Assembly (NCBI GenBank): GCA_963833125.1
Contig: CAWHWX010000018.1
Location: 1-64,000, forward strand
From: Candidatus Bathyarchaeota archaeon
GTDB lineage: Archaea; Thermoproteota; Bathyarchaeia; 40CM-2-53-6
Direction of reading: 5' to 3'
DNA length: 64,000 nt
Part shown: piece after piece, positions 1 through 10,797 of the stretch
Numbering within the stretch: the first letter of the stretch is position 1
How the letters are laid out: every line of letters starts with the position of its first letter
The notes under the pieces: generated by a model
Seen by the model: only the letters and a program-made list of their open reading frames with translations
Told to the model about the DNA's origin: nothing
Databases searched by the model: none
Made by a program: the position numbers and the translations under genes

Positions 1-384
1 AGAGACCAAATCCGAACGACTGTGAAGTGGAGCATCGAGATGTGCGACTTCCTCGCCGCAAACCTCACCCTATGCGCCAGGCTCCTAAACTCAGCATGTG
101 AAACCAACTATACCGAGGAGACGATGAAGACAATGGGGAAGAGAATTTGGACTCTGGCCCGCATCTTCAACGTCAGAGAAGGTTTCTCCAAGAAAGACGA
201 CACAATCCCACCCCGAATGTACCTAGACCCACTACCAGATGGTAACGTGAAGGGGAAAGTGGTTAGTTTGCAAGATTTCGACAGGATGCTCACGGAATAC
301 TACGGCTTCTGGGGCTGGGACGACCAAGGAAAACCCAAGGCTACCACAATTCAAGAACTCGGACTAACCGACCTGGCATTCTAA
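1..384 (+). CDS. Aldehyde:ferredoxin oxidoreductase family, C-terminal part (5' end outside window)
   Basis: Frame is open from base 1. C-terminal AOR-type motifs: GKRIWTLARIFNVREG, DDTIPPR, MLTEYYGFWGWD..GKP..T..ELGL. Confidence 0.85.
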   Translation, partial: RDQIRTTVKWSIEMCDFLAANLTLCARLLNSACETNYTEETMKTMGKRIWTLARIFNVREGFSKKDDTIPPRMYLDPLPDGNVKGKVVSLQDFDRMLTEYYGFWGWDDQGKPKATTIQELGLTDLAF

Positions 385-780
385 AATCAATTAGAGCTAC
401 GGGCTGCACCGACCAGCCCACCGATTCACCTAGCTGTGACTTTCAACGTGCAAGTCAACATGAGTGTGAAGCTTCTATCTACCTTTGATGGACGATTCGT
501 TCACAACCACTTTTATTTTCACACGTTCTTCTGCCTTATCGGAGTCGAAAACCTTGTTCCATCCTTTCCTCGGTTTGTTCTTCGTCGGGCTCACTTTCAT
601 GGCTTTCGTTATCGTAATCATTGGCGCAGTTGTTTGGATGGCTTGGATCAGATGAAGATCAAAACAGTTTACCTTGCGCCCGTAGCAGGCTTGTTACTCC
701 AGTTAAGATTCCTAGGTTACGCCGGGCATAATTCCTTGCTTTCTCAATGATTGCCTAATCCACTTTGAGTGTGCGCCAAA

Positions 781-2076
781 ATGGGATTGCATCAAGGCAC
801 TGTACTATTACTCCTCTCAGTTCTAATCCCCTCTCTGTTAGCTAGTGTTGTGTTACAGGCGGTAGTCTCTGGATTCCCAATGTCTAATGCCTCAGCAAAT
901 CCGCTTTGCATTTCGTCGCCCTGTGCTCAGATGATTACCGGGTGGCTGCACACTAACCCGGGCAGCGGAAATGTTTACGATAGCAACGGGAACGTGGTTC
1001 GTCTGCAGGGAGTGAACGTTGATGGACTTGATTTTGGGACAGGTGTTTCGTCGCTTAGTCCTGATTCTTGCGGGAGGGGCTGGAAGATCGCACCAACTTC
1101 GGTCGCCAATGTTGCCTCCTGGGGGTTCAACTTTGTCAGAATCCCCATCTCCTGGGAAAACCTTGAACCCGCCCCGCCTACACTGGCCGCGAACGGTACG
1201 TGGGTACACCACTGGAACACGGCATTCCTCGACGAGCTGGATCTAGTTGTAAGTCAATTCGGGGCTACACACATTGCGGTCATCTTTGACTTTGCGCAAG
1301 TCGACGTCTCCTCCGCATTTCAGCAAGCCCCTGAGAAAGTTCAGGGTGGAGAATGTGAAGGCTGGGGAAACCCCACATGGCTCTACCCGGGCATTACCAC
1401 CCCTACGAACGATGGGGAACTTGCCACGGCAATGTGTAACTTCTTCAACGACCGATCGGAGGTGGGCGGCAATGCTCCTCTGCCAATCGAGGCAATGGAG
1501 ACTGCGGAAGGAATGCTGGTTTCCAGGTACGTCAACAGCGCGACGGTCGTGGGCATTGATATGTTCAACGAACCGTGGTTCAACTCATCCTGTGGCTCCG
1601 TTAACTCAGAGGGTGCTCTTCTTACCAGCTTCTATACGAAGATGGGGCAAGTCATAGCTCAAAACAATCCTCACCTGCTCCTTGTCTTCGAAGACACAAC
1701 GCCCGGCCTCATGCACAACGCTCCCATAATCAACACACCTCCATCCGTTGCGAACGCGGTTTATGAGTTCCACATCTATACGTCGACTTGGGCAACCGCG
1801 CAACCATACGTGCAAGCATTCCTAAGCAACGCTCAACGGTGGGGCGTTCCAATTTGGTTGGGGGAGTTCGATGCGTTCGAAGCGGGGTGCACCGGCGTCA
1901 ACTGCAATCTAGATTCAAACTGGCAGGCGGACACGCAAACTATGCTCGCCTTCTGCAACTCAGAGGGCATCAACTGGGCATACTTCTCCTACTACTCCCT
2001 CGGCACAAACCTCCGAACCCCCATCCCACATTCCGAAATTCTCACTACGTTACGCGGTGAGATCACAGCTTCCTAA
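781..2076 (+). CDS. Secreted glycoside hydrolase family 5 (cellulase/endoglycoceramidase-like)
   Basis: Hydrophobic N-terminal signal. Motifs LQGVNV and GFNFVRIPISWENLEP, acid/base FNEP, EFHIY, nucleophile LGEF. Alternative GTG start at 769. Confidence 0.85.
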   Translation: MGLHQGTVLLLLSVLIPSLLASVVLQAVVSGFPMSNASANPLCISSPCAQMITGWLHTNPGSGNVYDSNGNVVRLQGVNVDGLDFGTGVSSLSPDSCGRGWKIAPTSVANVASWGFNFVRIPISWENLEPAPPTLAANGTWVHHWNTAFLDELDLVVSQFGATHIAVIFDFAQVDVSSAFQQAPEKVQGGECEGWGNPTWLYPGITTPTNDGELATAMCNFFNDRSEVGGNAPLPIEAMETAEGMLVSRYVNSATVVGIDMFNEPWFNSSCGSVNSEGALLTSFYTKMGQVIAQNNPHLLLVFEDTTPGLMHNAPIINTPPSVANAVYEFHIYTSTWATAQPYVQAFLSNAQRWGVPIWLGEFDAFEAGCTGVNCNLDSNWQADTQTMLAFCNSEGINWAYFSYYSLGTNLRTPIPHSEILTTLRGEITAS

Positions 2077-2213
2077 CCCCGAACGCCAACCCGAAGGCAG
2101 TCTCATGGCGGTGAAAGTTGCGCCGCACATTCACTGATCGAGCCGAAAATAATAGGGCATAGGTCAGGTGAAAGACGATATCACTCGATAATTTCTTGAA
2201 CAGGAGATAAGAG

Positions 2214-2236
2214 GCGGGTCCGGAGGGACTTGAACC
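2214..2236 (-). other. tRNA 3'-end fragment (T-loop plus acceptor 3' strand), possible att-site remnant
   Basis: Minus strand reads GGTTCAAGTCCCTCCGGACCCGC, the T-loop to discriminator of a tRNA. The 5' tRNA part is absent. Degenerate copies at about 3326-3345 and 16361-16380, each followed on the plus strand by ATAAGGTGYGGG. Confidence 0.6.
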
Positions 2237-2335
2237 GAATAAGGTGTGGGTAACTCAATTACGATTTCCTTGCAAATTGGAGAATGGTCCAAGGAATAGG
2301 ATTTTTTCCGGCAGCGCTTTTCTAGATTCATCGGG

Positions 2336-2727
2336 TGTCGGCGTGGTCACACGTTATTTTGGTACCATACATAGGAACTTGAGAGGTTTGTCGGAGCTTG
2401 CTTTGAATTGGTGTCTTTGATTTGGTGGAATCAGGATCGCATCGCCTGGTGCGATCTTCTCCTCTCGGTCTTCGTATCTAACCTTGCCACTCCCTTCTAG
2501 AACATAGACTTCATGTTCCCAGTCGTGACTGTGGAACGGAGTAAAACCGCCGGCGTCTACTGTGAAGTGTCGCATAAGGAAAGTTGGTGCCTTGTCTTTG
2601 TTGATAAGCCATTTTATCTTCACGCCTTGCGCGCCTTCCTCAGTTACAGCGGCATCGGGCGTTTCGTTCAGCTTGGCTTTGTACAATATCGTTCGTTGCC
2701 AAGAAACGTCAGCGGAAAGATAAACCG
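2336..2727. repeat. Repeat A copy 1 (about 390 bp, cupin cassette); direct repeat of 17227-17619
   Basis: Colinear at offset 14891, with one 1-bp indel upstream of the gene and scattered substitutions. Confidence 0.95.
2354..2686 (-). CDS. Cupin domain protein (110 aa), copy 1
   Basis: Metal motifs HSHDWEHEVYVLEG and PPNQRHQF. TTG start at 2686 is conserved in both copies; the longer upstream extensions are not. Confidence 0.85.
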   Translation of the reverse strand: MYKAKLNETPDAAVTEEGAQGVKIKWLINKDKAPTFLMRHFTVDAGGFTPFHSHDWEHEVYVLEGSGKVRYEDREEKIAPGDAILIPPNQRHQFKASSDKPLKFLCMVPK

Positions 2728-2769
2728 CACGTAGGTGAGGTATAACACAAGGCATAGGAGTAAGAAGAC

Positions 2770-3307
2770 ATGCAACTGATTCGATACTTCGAACGCTTTC
2801 CGTTTGAAGTAAGACAACCGCCAAACCATGATTGGTGTATCCCTGCGAGTATTGAAGCAGTCGCAAAATATCACATGCCGAACTCAACAGTAACGCAGGG
2901 GCAAATACTACGCGAATTCGTGAGAAGGAAAGGGCTGGATCAGATAGGACTCAAACCAATCCAAGATGTATTGAAGCAATACTCCGAGTTTTCGTGGGCC
3001 GATATCCGATATTGTGAAGAGTATCAATTTCATGGGTTATTCAATGCGTTAGTTAGCTTTCTTGAAGAATGTGTAAACGAAAATAGACCCGCCATAATTT
3101 CGGTACCGATTCCGCCGAAAAACTGGCATATGCTGACTGTGCTTGGTTATGATCAGGGAATTTCTTAGAGTCTACGACCCAAACCCATTTGTTTGGAGTG
3201 CGTACTGTGATGCTGCAAAATTGAAAATTCAAGGTGCGCTACGTTCACGAAAATTAACATCAGATACGACGGATGCTCTTGTCATTTCTCCAAAGACACG
3301 CACCTAA
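2770..3307 (+). CDS. Peptidase C39-like papain-fold cysteine protease (frameshift near 3160)
   Basis: Q..WCIPAS (catalytic Cys) and HMLTVLGYD (His). After the frameshift it continues FLRVYDPNP (Asp) to TAA at 3305-3307. Confidence 0.65.
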
Positions 3308-3316
3308 CTTACTAAA

Positions 3317-4086
3317 TTAGGGTCAGAGTCAGAGGGATTTGAACGAGATAAGGTGCGGGTCCTTTGAAAAATTAACTGGCTGCAGCGGAGATCCATTACA
3401 AGAACACACAACAATATGTAATCGGGATCGCTAGAAATGCAGGTTCCGTTTTTTCAAAAATAGATAAGAATTCTTTTCCGGGAGATAATCAAAACCAGAA
3501 GAACGCTAATTATCACTAAGTATGCTGGGAAGGCGTACTGTGAAAAAGTCCATGCGGTGATTGCGAGGAAACTTGTAAGGCCGCCGAAAATTCCAACCGA
3601 GTACATCCATGCTGACTCTGATTCCGGATGCTGCCACCCTTTTAGGAGCGTCGGAACTGAGGCCAGAGCGTCGCTTAAGATTGCGAACAAGATGGCAACG
3701 CCTGCATCGCTCGTCACCACCCAAAAAACTAAGGCCAAGGCCGATAGCAGGCCGCAGGCATAATCCAGTTTGACCAACTTCCAATGAGTTCCCTTTACAA
3801 CAAAGGAAGCAGCGAAGATCAAGAGCGGAACGAAACCCGACATAAACACTGGCACAGCAGCCAAGCCGGCGCCATTGGAAACTTCTGCAGCAAAACCAAT
3901 CATCGCCGCAATCGCCCACAGCAGCCAGCTCACTCGATTCGGCTTCACACTCCCCTTCAACATCGACCTTACGTAAACGTAAGCAGCGACCAAGAATGCT
4001 CCAGCCGACACAAAAACCAGATACTGCAACATCTCAATCATCAGTGACTACTTGATGGCATTGTCGTGGATGTGCACCCCACGGTG
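3317..4086. repeat. Repeat B copy 1 (770 bp, membrane protein cassette); direct repeat of 16352-17121
   Basis: Same offset (13035) at both ends; roughly 95% identical by eye. Confidence 0.95.
3454..4041 (-). CDS. Hypothetical integral membrane protein (about 7 TM, possibly PQ-loop-like), copy 1
   Basis: Hydrophobic 195 aa with KPNRVSWLLW and PTLLKGWQHPESES motifs. Near-identical paralogue at 16489-17076. Confidence 0.8.
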   Translation of the reverse strand: MIEMLQYLVFVSAGAFLVAAYVYVRSMLKGSVKPNRVSWLLWAIAAMIGFAAEVSNGAGLAAVPVFMSGFVPLLIFAASFVVKGTHWKLVKLDYACGLLSALALVFWVVTSDAGVAILFAILSDALASVPTLLKGWQHPESESAWMYSVGIFGGLTSFLAITAWTFSQYAFPAYLVIISVLLVLIISRKRILIYF

Positions 4087-4128
4087 GTCAAAATCCAGAC
4101 GCACTATGTGACCCGAAGAGTTGTGATG

Positions 4129-4974
4129 TTATAGTTTTGGATAATTTAGAGGCGCCCCTTTCTCTCCTACATCAAGCGCCCCGATGTGCATGCCTCCCAA
4201 ACTAGCTATGAAGAGTCTAGTGCTGTTTGGTTCGAAGGCGACGTTGGTTGGTTGATTCAACACCTCTCCGGTCGTGTCTTCGATTATTAAGTCGATGTTT
4301 CTGTCTGGGTAGATAATGTAGAGTCGATTTGGGTAGTAGCATGAGACATAGAGATTTCCGCTGTTAGCAAATGCGAGGCCGTCGAGTTCATTGCCTTGCA
4401 TTTGAACAAATATCTCCGGTGGTCCTGTCGTGCCGTCCTTGTTTATGGGAACACGAATAATGTCTGCCGCCGCTGTTTCAATCATATAAACGGAATCATG
4501 CTTGGGTGACATTGCTAAGCCGTTTGAGAAATGCCAGTTTCCTCCGATTAGTGATTCTGCCGTGTGGTTTCTGTTAACTCTAATTAGACGGCCGCTGGGT
4601 CTCCAGGTATCGTATCCTGAGTCGGAAAAGTAGTAGTTACCTTGGGGATCGAATAGGCCGTAGTTCGGCCATATGGTCGGTCCGTCTGACGCACGGTCAC
4701 AGAAAATTGCGTACTGTCCATCCTGAGTGAATCTGTACACTTTGTGATCGAAAGCGTTGCATCCGTAGACGGAGTGGTTTCCATCTACGGCCACTCCGGC
4801 GTAACCGCCTATTGTGTGCGCAAGTAATTGCAACGAATAGTCCGGAGGAGTTAACACATATATTTGGCCAGCAATGCCGCCTGCGTAAAGTCGGCCGTCT
4901 GGACCGAAGTTTACGCATTCTGGATGATCTAGCCCTTTCTGAATCACTTGTACCTGGTGCAGGTTTTTCCGCAA
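4129..4974 (-). CDS. SMP-30/gluconolactonase/LRE family beta-propeller hydrolase
   Basis: HPEC..FGPDG, WPNY, FSNGLA, LDGLAF, PTNVAF motifs. Confidence 0.85.
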   Translation of the reverse strand: MRKNLHQVQVIQKGLDHPECVNFGPDGRLYAGGIAGQIYVLTPPDYSLQLLAHTIGGYAGVAVDGNHSVYGCNAFDHKVYRFTQDGQYAIFCDRASDGPTIWPNYGLFDPQGNYYFSDSGYDTWRPSGRLIRVNRNHTAESLIGGNWHFSNGLAMSPKHDSVYMIETAAADIIRVPINKDGTTGPPEIFVQMQGNELDGLAFANSGNLYVSCYYPNRLYIIYPDRNIDLIIEDTTGEVLNQPTNVAFEPNSTRLFIASLGGMHIGALDVGEKGAPLNYPKL

Positions 4975-4990
4975 ATGAGTCTAACCTCGA

Positions 4991-6611
4991 TCACGAAGAT
5001 TCTTGATGCATATTGACCGTAGCCTCGTCATGGTGTCTCAGAACTTTTCCAGCCCGTTCAGAAGTTGGGCGGTCCTTCTCCAAAGCCTTTCTTCCGTTCA
5101 CGAAGACATAACTCATTCCCTTTGCGAGCAGGTTAGAATGGGAGAAGGTTGCGAGATCTTGTACGGCTTCCGGATCGAATATGGCGAGGTCGGCTTTGTA
5201 GCCCACCTTAACCGCTCCCCTATCCATCAATCCGATTCTAGCGGCGGGCATTGAAGTCATTTTCTTTACTGCTTCCTCTAACGTTAGCATCCGTTTCTCT
5301 CTCACATATTTGGCTAGGATATGGGAGTTGGTACCGAAAACTCTTGGATGTGGCTTTCCTGTGGGGTTAACACTATCGGATGCAATTGATGAGAGCGGGT
5401 GACAAACAACTGTATCAACGTCTTCGTTCGACATCTCGAAGAGGATGATTAGGATTGGGTGCGTTGATCTGCCATACTTTTGAACGAGGTCCACCACGGC
5501 CTCGGCTGGATTGCAACCGTTCTCTTGGGATATTGTAGCTAAAGTTTTGCCCTCAAGAGCGTGATTGTCCTCGCAGTAGGAGAGTATGATGTTCTCGGGC
5601 CCAGTTTCAACGAGCGGCCGTTCCTCGTCTGAGGATTTCATTAGCATCTCTGAAACGATCTTCGCTCGAGTATCTGGGGTCTTCATCCGTTCTTCCGCGA
5701 ATTGTTTGCCCGTTGGAGAATACCCAACTTGGGATTAGCGTATGGAGTGCCGTGTTGCCTGCATTATATGGATAGACGTCGCAGGCAGCATCCACACCTT
5801 GGTTTCGAGCAACCTCGATCATGCGAAGAGTTTTGCGGACTGTTCCCCAGTTGTCTCGACCGGTTGACTTGTGGTGTGAGATCTGCACCGGGATTTTTGC
5901 TTCGCGACCTATGCTCAAGGCTTCCTGTACGGCGGCTTCGAGGTTTGAGCCTTCTCCTCGAATGTGCGAAACGTAGACTCCTCCATCCCTTGCAACAACT
6001 TTGCTTAGCTCAACAAGTTCGGTCGTTTCTGAGTAGATGCCCGGTACATAGATTAAGCCAGTTGATAATCCAAATGCGCCGTCCGTCATTGCTTCATGGA
6101 CCAGGGCTTTCATTTTGTCAAGTTCCATCTCCGTCGGTCGTCGCTTTTCTGGTCCGATGACGTTCAGACGGATGACACTATGCCCCACAAGAGTACCTAC
6201 GTTGATTCCAAGATTAACCGTGTCAAGATGGCTAAGATATTCGCCCATCGTGTGCCAATTCCATGGGACGCCGGCGATGTTGATCAAGGATTCTTGAACT
6301 AAGTTCTCCTTTCCTAACAGGATGGGTGCCGCGGAGAATCCACAATTGCCTACAATTAGTGTGGTTACGCCTTGGCAAAGTTTCTCCACACCCGTGGGAT
6401 CGAAAAGGAGCCAGATGTCTTCGTGGGTGTGAATATCGATGAAGCCTGGTGCGATAACCAACCCAGACGCGTCGATGATTACTGACGTGTTGCGTGATTC
6501 TTCTCCAACGTATGCAATGGTATCATTCTGGATTCCAACATTTGCCTTACATCGTCGTGCTCCCAAGCCGTCGACTATCTCGCCATTCTTGATGAAAAAG
6601 TCTAGCGACAT
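4991..6611 (-). CDS. N-acyl-D-amino-acid deacylase (D-aminoacylase) family amidohydrolase (frameshift near 5700)
   Basis: ORF 5607-6641 carries PGFIDIHTH, GNCG, SHIR and ISHHK. ORF 4991-5686 carries ASD, PHPRVFGT and KKMTSMPA. They are halves of one gene; ATG at 6611. Confidence 0.9.
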
Positions 6612-6748
6612 GTTCGACGAACTCTGGAAGACTTTCCGCATAATTAAGGGTGAATATGAAAATCTTAATCCGCGTCCGAACGTTTGACGTACTGTTCCAG
6701 TGGTTTAAGTGAAGTCTTTATTAGCGAAATGAGCCTTGGCCAAGGAGA

Positions 6749-7876
6749 TTGAACTTGAGAGTTCCAGATTTCGAGCTTGAGAGATGGAAATTCACTAGAC
6801 AATATTTCTGCAAATACGACCTTACCGAAACTGGAGTTGACCCACTAACCATACGAGATTTAGCCGGGCAAGAAATCTTTGACCTAAAGTTGGATTATGT
6901 AACCACAAACGGGGATGAGGGGCTTCGCAGCAAGATAGCTGGGTTATACAATGACGTGGATAAGGATCAGGTTTTGGAGACGACGGGTATCAGCGAAGCG
7001 AACTTCATCGCTGCGAACCTTGTGATTGATAGCGGAGACGAAATAGTCGTAGAAGTCCCGACATTCATGCAAACGCTGGGCGCCGCCGAAGCGAACGGCG
7101 CCAGAGTCCACTTGTTTCATCTTCGTGAGGAAGAGAACTATCTACCCAACTTGGAGAGACTCAATGAGATCGTAAACAAGAAGACGAAAGCGATCTTGCT
7201 ATCGCATCCTAACAACCCGACTGGTTCGGTTCTCGACGAGAAAAGTGTGAAAGCCATTTGTGAGATAGCGTCTGACGTGGGGGCGTGGATTCTTGTTGAC
7301 GAAGTTTACCGAGGCATCGAATTTGAGGGGAACTTCTCTCCATCCTTCGTCGACTACTACGACAAAGCCGTCGTTGGTGGCAGTACCTCAAAAGTATGGG
7401 GGTTGGCTGGGTTGAGGGTCGGATGGATGATCGGACCGAGGGAAATTGTTGACAAGGGTGCAGCATACAGAGAATACACCTCGCTCTCGGGGAACCCTAT
7501 CTCTGAACGGCTCGCCAACATAGCGCTCGCAGAACCGATGAAAAGCAAGTTAATTCAGCGCGGCAGGGGTCTGGCGAAAAGCGGATTTGAAACATTCAGT
7601 ACATGGATGGACACACACAAGAATGTTTTCAGCTGGGTGAAACCGAAAATGGGAGTCATTGCGCTTGTGAAACATTCGCTGTCCAAGTCATCCCTAGAAA
7701 TCACAGACGAGTTGTTTAAGGAGAAAGGGGTTGCCGTTGTTCCAGGCGAAGTCTTCAACCTCCAGAAACATTTTCGATTTTGCTACGGCTTACCCGTACC
7801 AAAAATGAAAGAAGCCTTAGCCCACACCGACGAGTATTTGGAGAAACAGACGACGGTAATGCAGATAGCCCATTGA
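6749..7876 (+). CDS. PLP-dependent aminotransferase class I/II
   Basis: PNNPTG, DEVYRG, STSKVWGLAGLRVGW (PLP Lys), FRFCY. Confidence 0.9.
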   Translation: MNLRVPDFELERWKFTRQYFCKYDLTETGVDPLTIRDLAGQEIFDLKLDYVTTNGDEGLRSKIAGLYNDVDKDQVLETTGISEANFIAANLVIDSGDEIVVEVPTFMQTLGAAEANGARVHLFHLREEENYLPNLERLNEIVNKKTKAILLSHPNNPTGSVLDEKSVKAICEIASDVGAWILVDEVYRGIEFEGNFSPSFVDYYDKAVVGGSTSKVWGLAGLRVGWMIGPREIVDKGAAYREYTSLSGNPISERLANIALAEPMKSKLIQRGRGLAKSGFETFSTWMDTHKNVFSWVKPKMGVIALVKHSLSKSSLEITDELFKEKGVAVVPGEVFNLQKHFRFCYGLPVPKMKEALAHTDEYLEKQTTVMQIAH

Positions 7877-7983
7877 ACTCTAAGTGAAACTCTCAACCTT
7901 CTTTATCGCCGAAGAACGAGAGCATGGGCGACCGGACGGTGCATGCCATAACGTCCAGTTGGACGGTGTCCGTTAGTTGACTT

Positions 7984-8985
7984 TCACTTCTTCGTTTTAC
8001 GCCTGAAATATGGAATGATTTTTCGCCCGAACATCTTCACCGTTGCGCTCGGGTTGTAACCCCAATCCCCAATGATTATGTGATCAAATCCCGTCTCTTG
8101 GAACTCTTCAATGCGGTCAATTAGAGTATCAGATGAATTAGTGAGACAGGTTCTTTCATGGATGAATTCATCGGTTAGGTTACGGGCCGACGCCTCAATC
8201 TTTCGAGGGTCCATCTCGTTCGTATTCTCAGGGATCATGGAACCTGCGTGAATACGGAATTTCTTCAATAGCTTCCCGACGTTTCCGTATCCGCAATCTA
8301 TGTATACGGAACATTCCGCTTTGGCGGAAGTTTTTCCCGACATCTCCTGCCCCTTCTTAAACTCGTGAAGGATCGAACTGGGGACCCGTGCGGCGGACGA
8401 TGCGGCAGTCATTAGGTGGTCTGCTTCTTTGCCGGCTAGTAGAGCCGATTTCGGACCGAACGCAGACCAGTAGATCGGAATTTGTCTCTTGGGCTTATCG
8501 TAACAATACATCCCTTTCACCGTGAAATACTTGCCTTCGAAATTGAAGTAGTCATCCGAAGACCAATACTTTCGCATAAGTCGGAGGGATTCAACGAGAG
8601 TTTCCGCACGTTCCTTCCAACTTGGCCATTTTCCTAGTATCGGTTCCTCGTTTATGGCCTCTCCAGTTCCAACGCCTAGTAGAACTCTCCCTGGATGAAT
8701 TTGTGACATGGTTGCGAAGGCTTGGGCTACGACGATTGGATGGTACTTGAACATTGGGACAGTGACATCAGACCCTACTGGAATCTTATTTGATCTCTCA
8801 AGCGCAGCCGCAATCCAGACCCACGCTTGTGGGACATGCGCATGGGTATGGAACCAAGGCAGGACATGGTCCCCAAACCAAGCAGCATCGAACCCCGCTT
8901 TCTCGACTTCAACAGTGATTCGTAGTGAATCATCCGCCTCAAACCAAGTACCAGCGGGGCCCACATCGTAGCTAATCTTGAGCAT
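7984..8985 (-). CDS. LLM-class (probably F420-dependent) oxidoreductase, G6PDH-F420-like
   Basis: GFDAAWFGDHVLPW, AQAFAT, GRVLLGVGTGEAINE. Confidence 0.85.
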   Translation of the reverse strand: MLKISYDVGPAGTWFEADDSLRITVEVEKAGFDAAWFGDHVLPWFHTHAHVPQAWVWIAAALERSNKIPVGSDVTVPMFKYHPIVVAQAFATMSQIHPGRVLLGVGTGEAINEEPILGKWPSWKERAETLVESLRLMRKYWSSDDYFNFEGKYFTVKGMYCYDKPKRQIPIYWSAFGPKSALLAGKEADHLMTAASSAARVPSSILHEFKKGQEMSGKTSAKAECSVYIDCGYGNVGKLLKKFRIHAGSMIPENTNEMDPRKIEASARNLTDEFIHERTCLTNSSDTLIDRIEEFQETGFDHIIIGDWGYNPSATVKMFGRKIIPYFRRKTKK

Positions 8986-9102
8986 GCCACAACGAGAGGC
9001 GCTTTACTCTAAAAGAATAGTTCCTCAAACATTAGCGAGGAGCGGCGTACTCCCCCGATTGGCAATACGAAGCCTCAAAAATCCCGATATCGTCGCAAGG
9101 CA

Positions 9103-9108
9103 TATAAA
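9103..9108 (+). promoter_or_regulatory. Putative archaeal TATA box of the APC permease
   Basis: TATAAA about 30 nt before the TTG at 9138, consistent with a leaderless transcript. Confidence 0.5.
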
Positions 9109-9137
9109 CGGACCAATCGAGTTATGGCCGAATCATC

Positions 9138-10733
9138 TTGGCCAAGCAACCAGTTTTCGTTAGAGAAGCCACTGGCCTAGTTAGAGAGGCAGGCCTCATT
9201 GACATTCTAATGTTCAACGCACAATCAGTGACAGGTGTAGCGATTGTAGCGGGAGGACTACTCTTGCTTCCACTCATGACATCGGGAATTGGCATTACCG
9301 GTTCAATTATTTTGGGTTTGATAACAGCTATCTTCGTGAATTTCACCTATTACATTCTGAGTGTGACAATTCCTCGAAGTGGCGGAGACTACATCTACAT
9401 TTCCCGACTTCTACACCCAGCTCTTGGGGTTCTTGCAGCCGGCCTAATGGGAATATTCGTACCAATCATACTTGCTGCAACTTTCGGAGCTTCTGTGTGG
9501 GTTACGGCTGGCCTTAGCCCTCTCCTCGCAGCGATAGGACAGGGAGGTTTGGCGAGTGTCGTCACCAGCTCTACCAATTTGACCATTGCCGGAATGATCT
9601 CTACGGTCTTCTTCGCTGTGCTTTTGATCTTTGGCGGCAATCGGGCATTCTTCCGATTGAACAACGTACTCTATCTGATCGCGATGGTTGGGTTGATTGT
9701 GGGAGGTGCGATATTCCTATCGATGGATCATGCCACCTTCGTAAAGCTGTTCGATACCTATGCGTCCACGTATGGGACAAGTTCAGCGGACATTATCCAA
9801 ACGGCCTCTTCAAATGGCCTCACGATGCCCGCGAGCGACTTCCCCTCGATTACTCTGGCATCAGCCCTGATGTTCGCATCCTTCTACTGGTGTACACAGT
9901 CATCCTATCTGGGCGGTGAAATCAAGCACATAAAGCGGACCCAGTTCTGGGGCATGATAGGCACAGGAATCATCTGGGGCGCTATCACACTGTTCGCAAT
10001 TATCCCTGCCTACTTTACCGTAGGTCCGAATCTTATCACCGCCGCAGATTATCTGAGCTACCTCCAACCACAACTTTGGAAGATTCCCGTCTCATCGTTT
10101 TTTGCGCTCTACACGAACATCGCGGCTCAGAATCCCGCGGTGGGAGTTTTGATTGCGCTCGCGTTTTTGTTCGGTTATTTGACCGCAACGGGATGGTCTT
10201 TCATGATATTCTCAAGAGTCGTTTTCGCCATGTCCTTCGATAGGTTCCTTCCGACGAAACTTGCGGACGTAAGTGACAAGTATCATACACCTGTTAAAGC
10301 GATCGTGCTTGTAGCAGTCCTCACTGCTGTCTGCTTGTTACTCTTGACGAATTCACAGACAGCCGTGGTCCTCTATACTTGGGGGGTCGCGATAAATGTC
10401 GTCGCTATGCTAACTTTCATAATGTCTTCCGTCGCTCTAACACTAATGCCGTTCCTTCACAAGAACACATACGAAGTCGCTTGCCCATTTAAGCAGAAAA
10501 TCGCCGGCTTCCCAGTGGTGTCATTAGTAGGACTGGTAAGTGCGTTGCTGCTTATGGTCTATGAATATCTGGAAATATCTAACCCGGTATTTTTCGGCAT
10601 TAGCCCTGCGGCCTTAGAAGCAATGGGGATAACCATCGTATTCTTCCTTGCACTGTATTTCGTCGTGACCACATACCGAAAATCACACGGCGTAGACCTA
10701 CGCTTGGCATACAGAGAGATACCTCCAGAATAG
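9138..10733 (+). CDS. APC family amino acid/amine permease
   Basis: FVREATGLVRE, PRSGGDYIYISR, FDRFLP; about 12 TM; C-terminal REIPPE. Confidence 0.9.
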   Translation: MAKQPVFVREATGLVREAGLIDILMFNAQSVTGVAIVAGGLLLLPLMTSGIGITGSIILGLITAIFVNFTYYILSVTIPRSGGDYIYISRLLHPALGVLAAGLMGIFVPIILAATFGASVWVTAGLSPLLAAIGQGGLASVVTSSTNLTIAGMISTVFFAVLLIFGGNRAFFRLNNVLYLIAMVGLIVGGAIFLSMDHATFVKLFDTYASTYGTSSADIIQTASSNGLTMPASDFPSITLASALMFASFYWCTQSSYLGGEIKHIKRTQFWGMIGTGIIWGAITLFAIIPAYFTVGPNLITAADYLSYLQPQLWKIPVSSFFALYTNIAAQNPAVGVLIALAFLFGYLTATGWSFMIFSRVVFAMSFDRFLPTKLADVSDKYHTPVKAIVLVAVLTAVCLLLLTNSQTAVVLYTWGVAINVVAMLTFIMSSVALTLMPFLHKNTYEVACPFKQKIAGFPVVSLVGLVSALLLMVYEYLEISNPVFFGISPAALEAMGITIVFFLALYFVVTTYRKSHGVDLRLAYREIPPE

Positions 10734-10797
10734 AATCTAGAACCTCATTAATTCCCCCGACCCTCTGTTCAACCAGAATAGATCGAAGGCAAGCCCA

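Noticed and set aside
436-750. 104-aa plus-strand ORF and a 48-aa minus-strand ORF (475-621, MITITKAMKVSPTKNKPRKGW...)
   Set aside because: Neither has a recognisable motif, and I cannot tell which, if either, is real.
2214-2290. Complete tRNA gene
   Set aside because: Only the T-loop and 3' acceptor strand are present; no D arm, anticodon arm or 5' acceptor strand.
7952-7965. Palindrome CGTCCAGTTGGACG between convergent genes
   Set aside because: Single short occurrence with no U-tract; too little support for a terminator or operator call.
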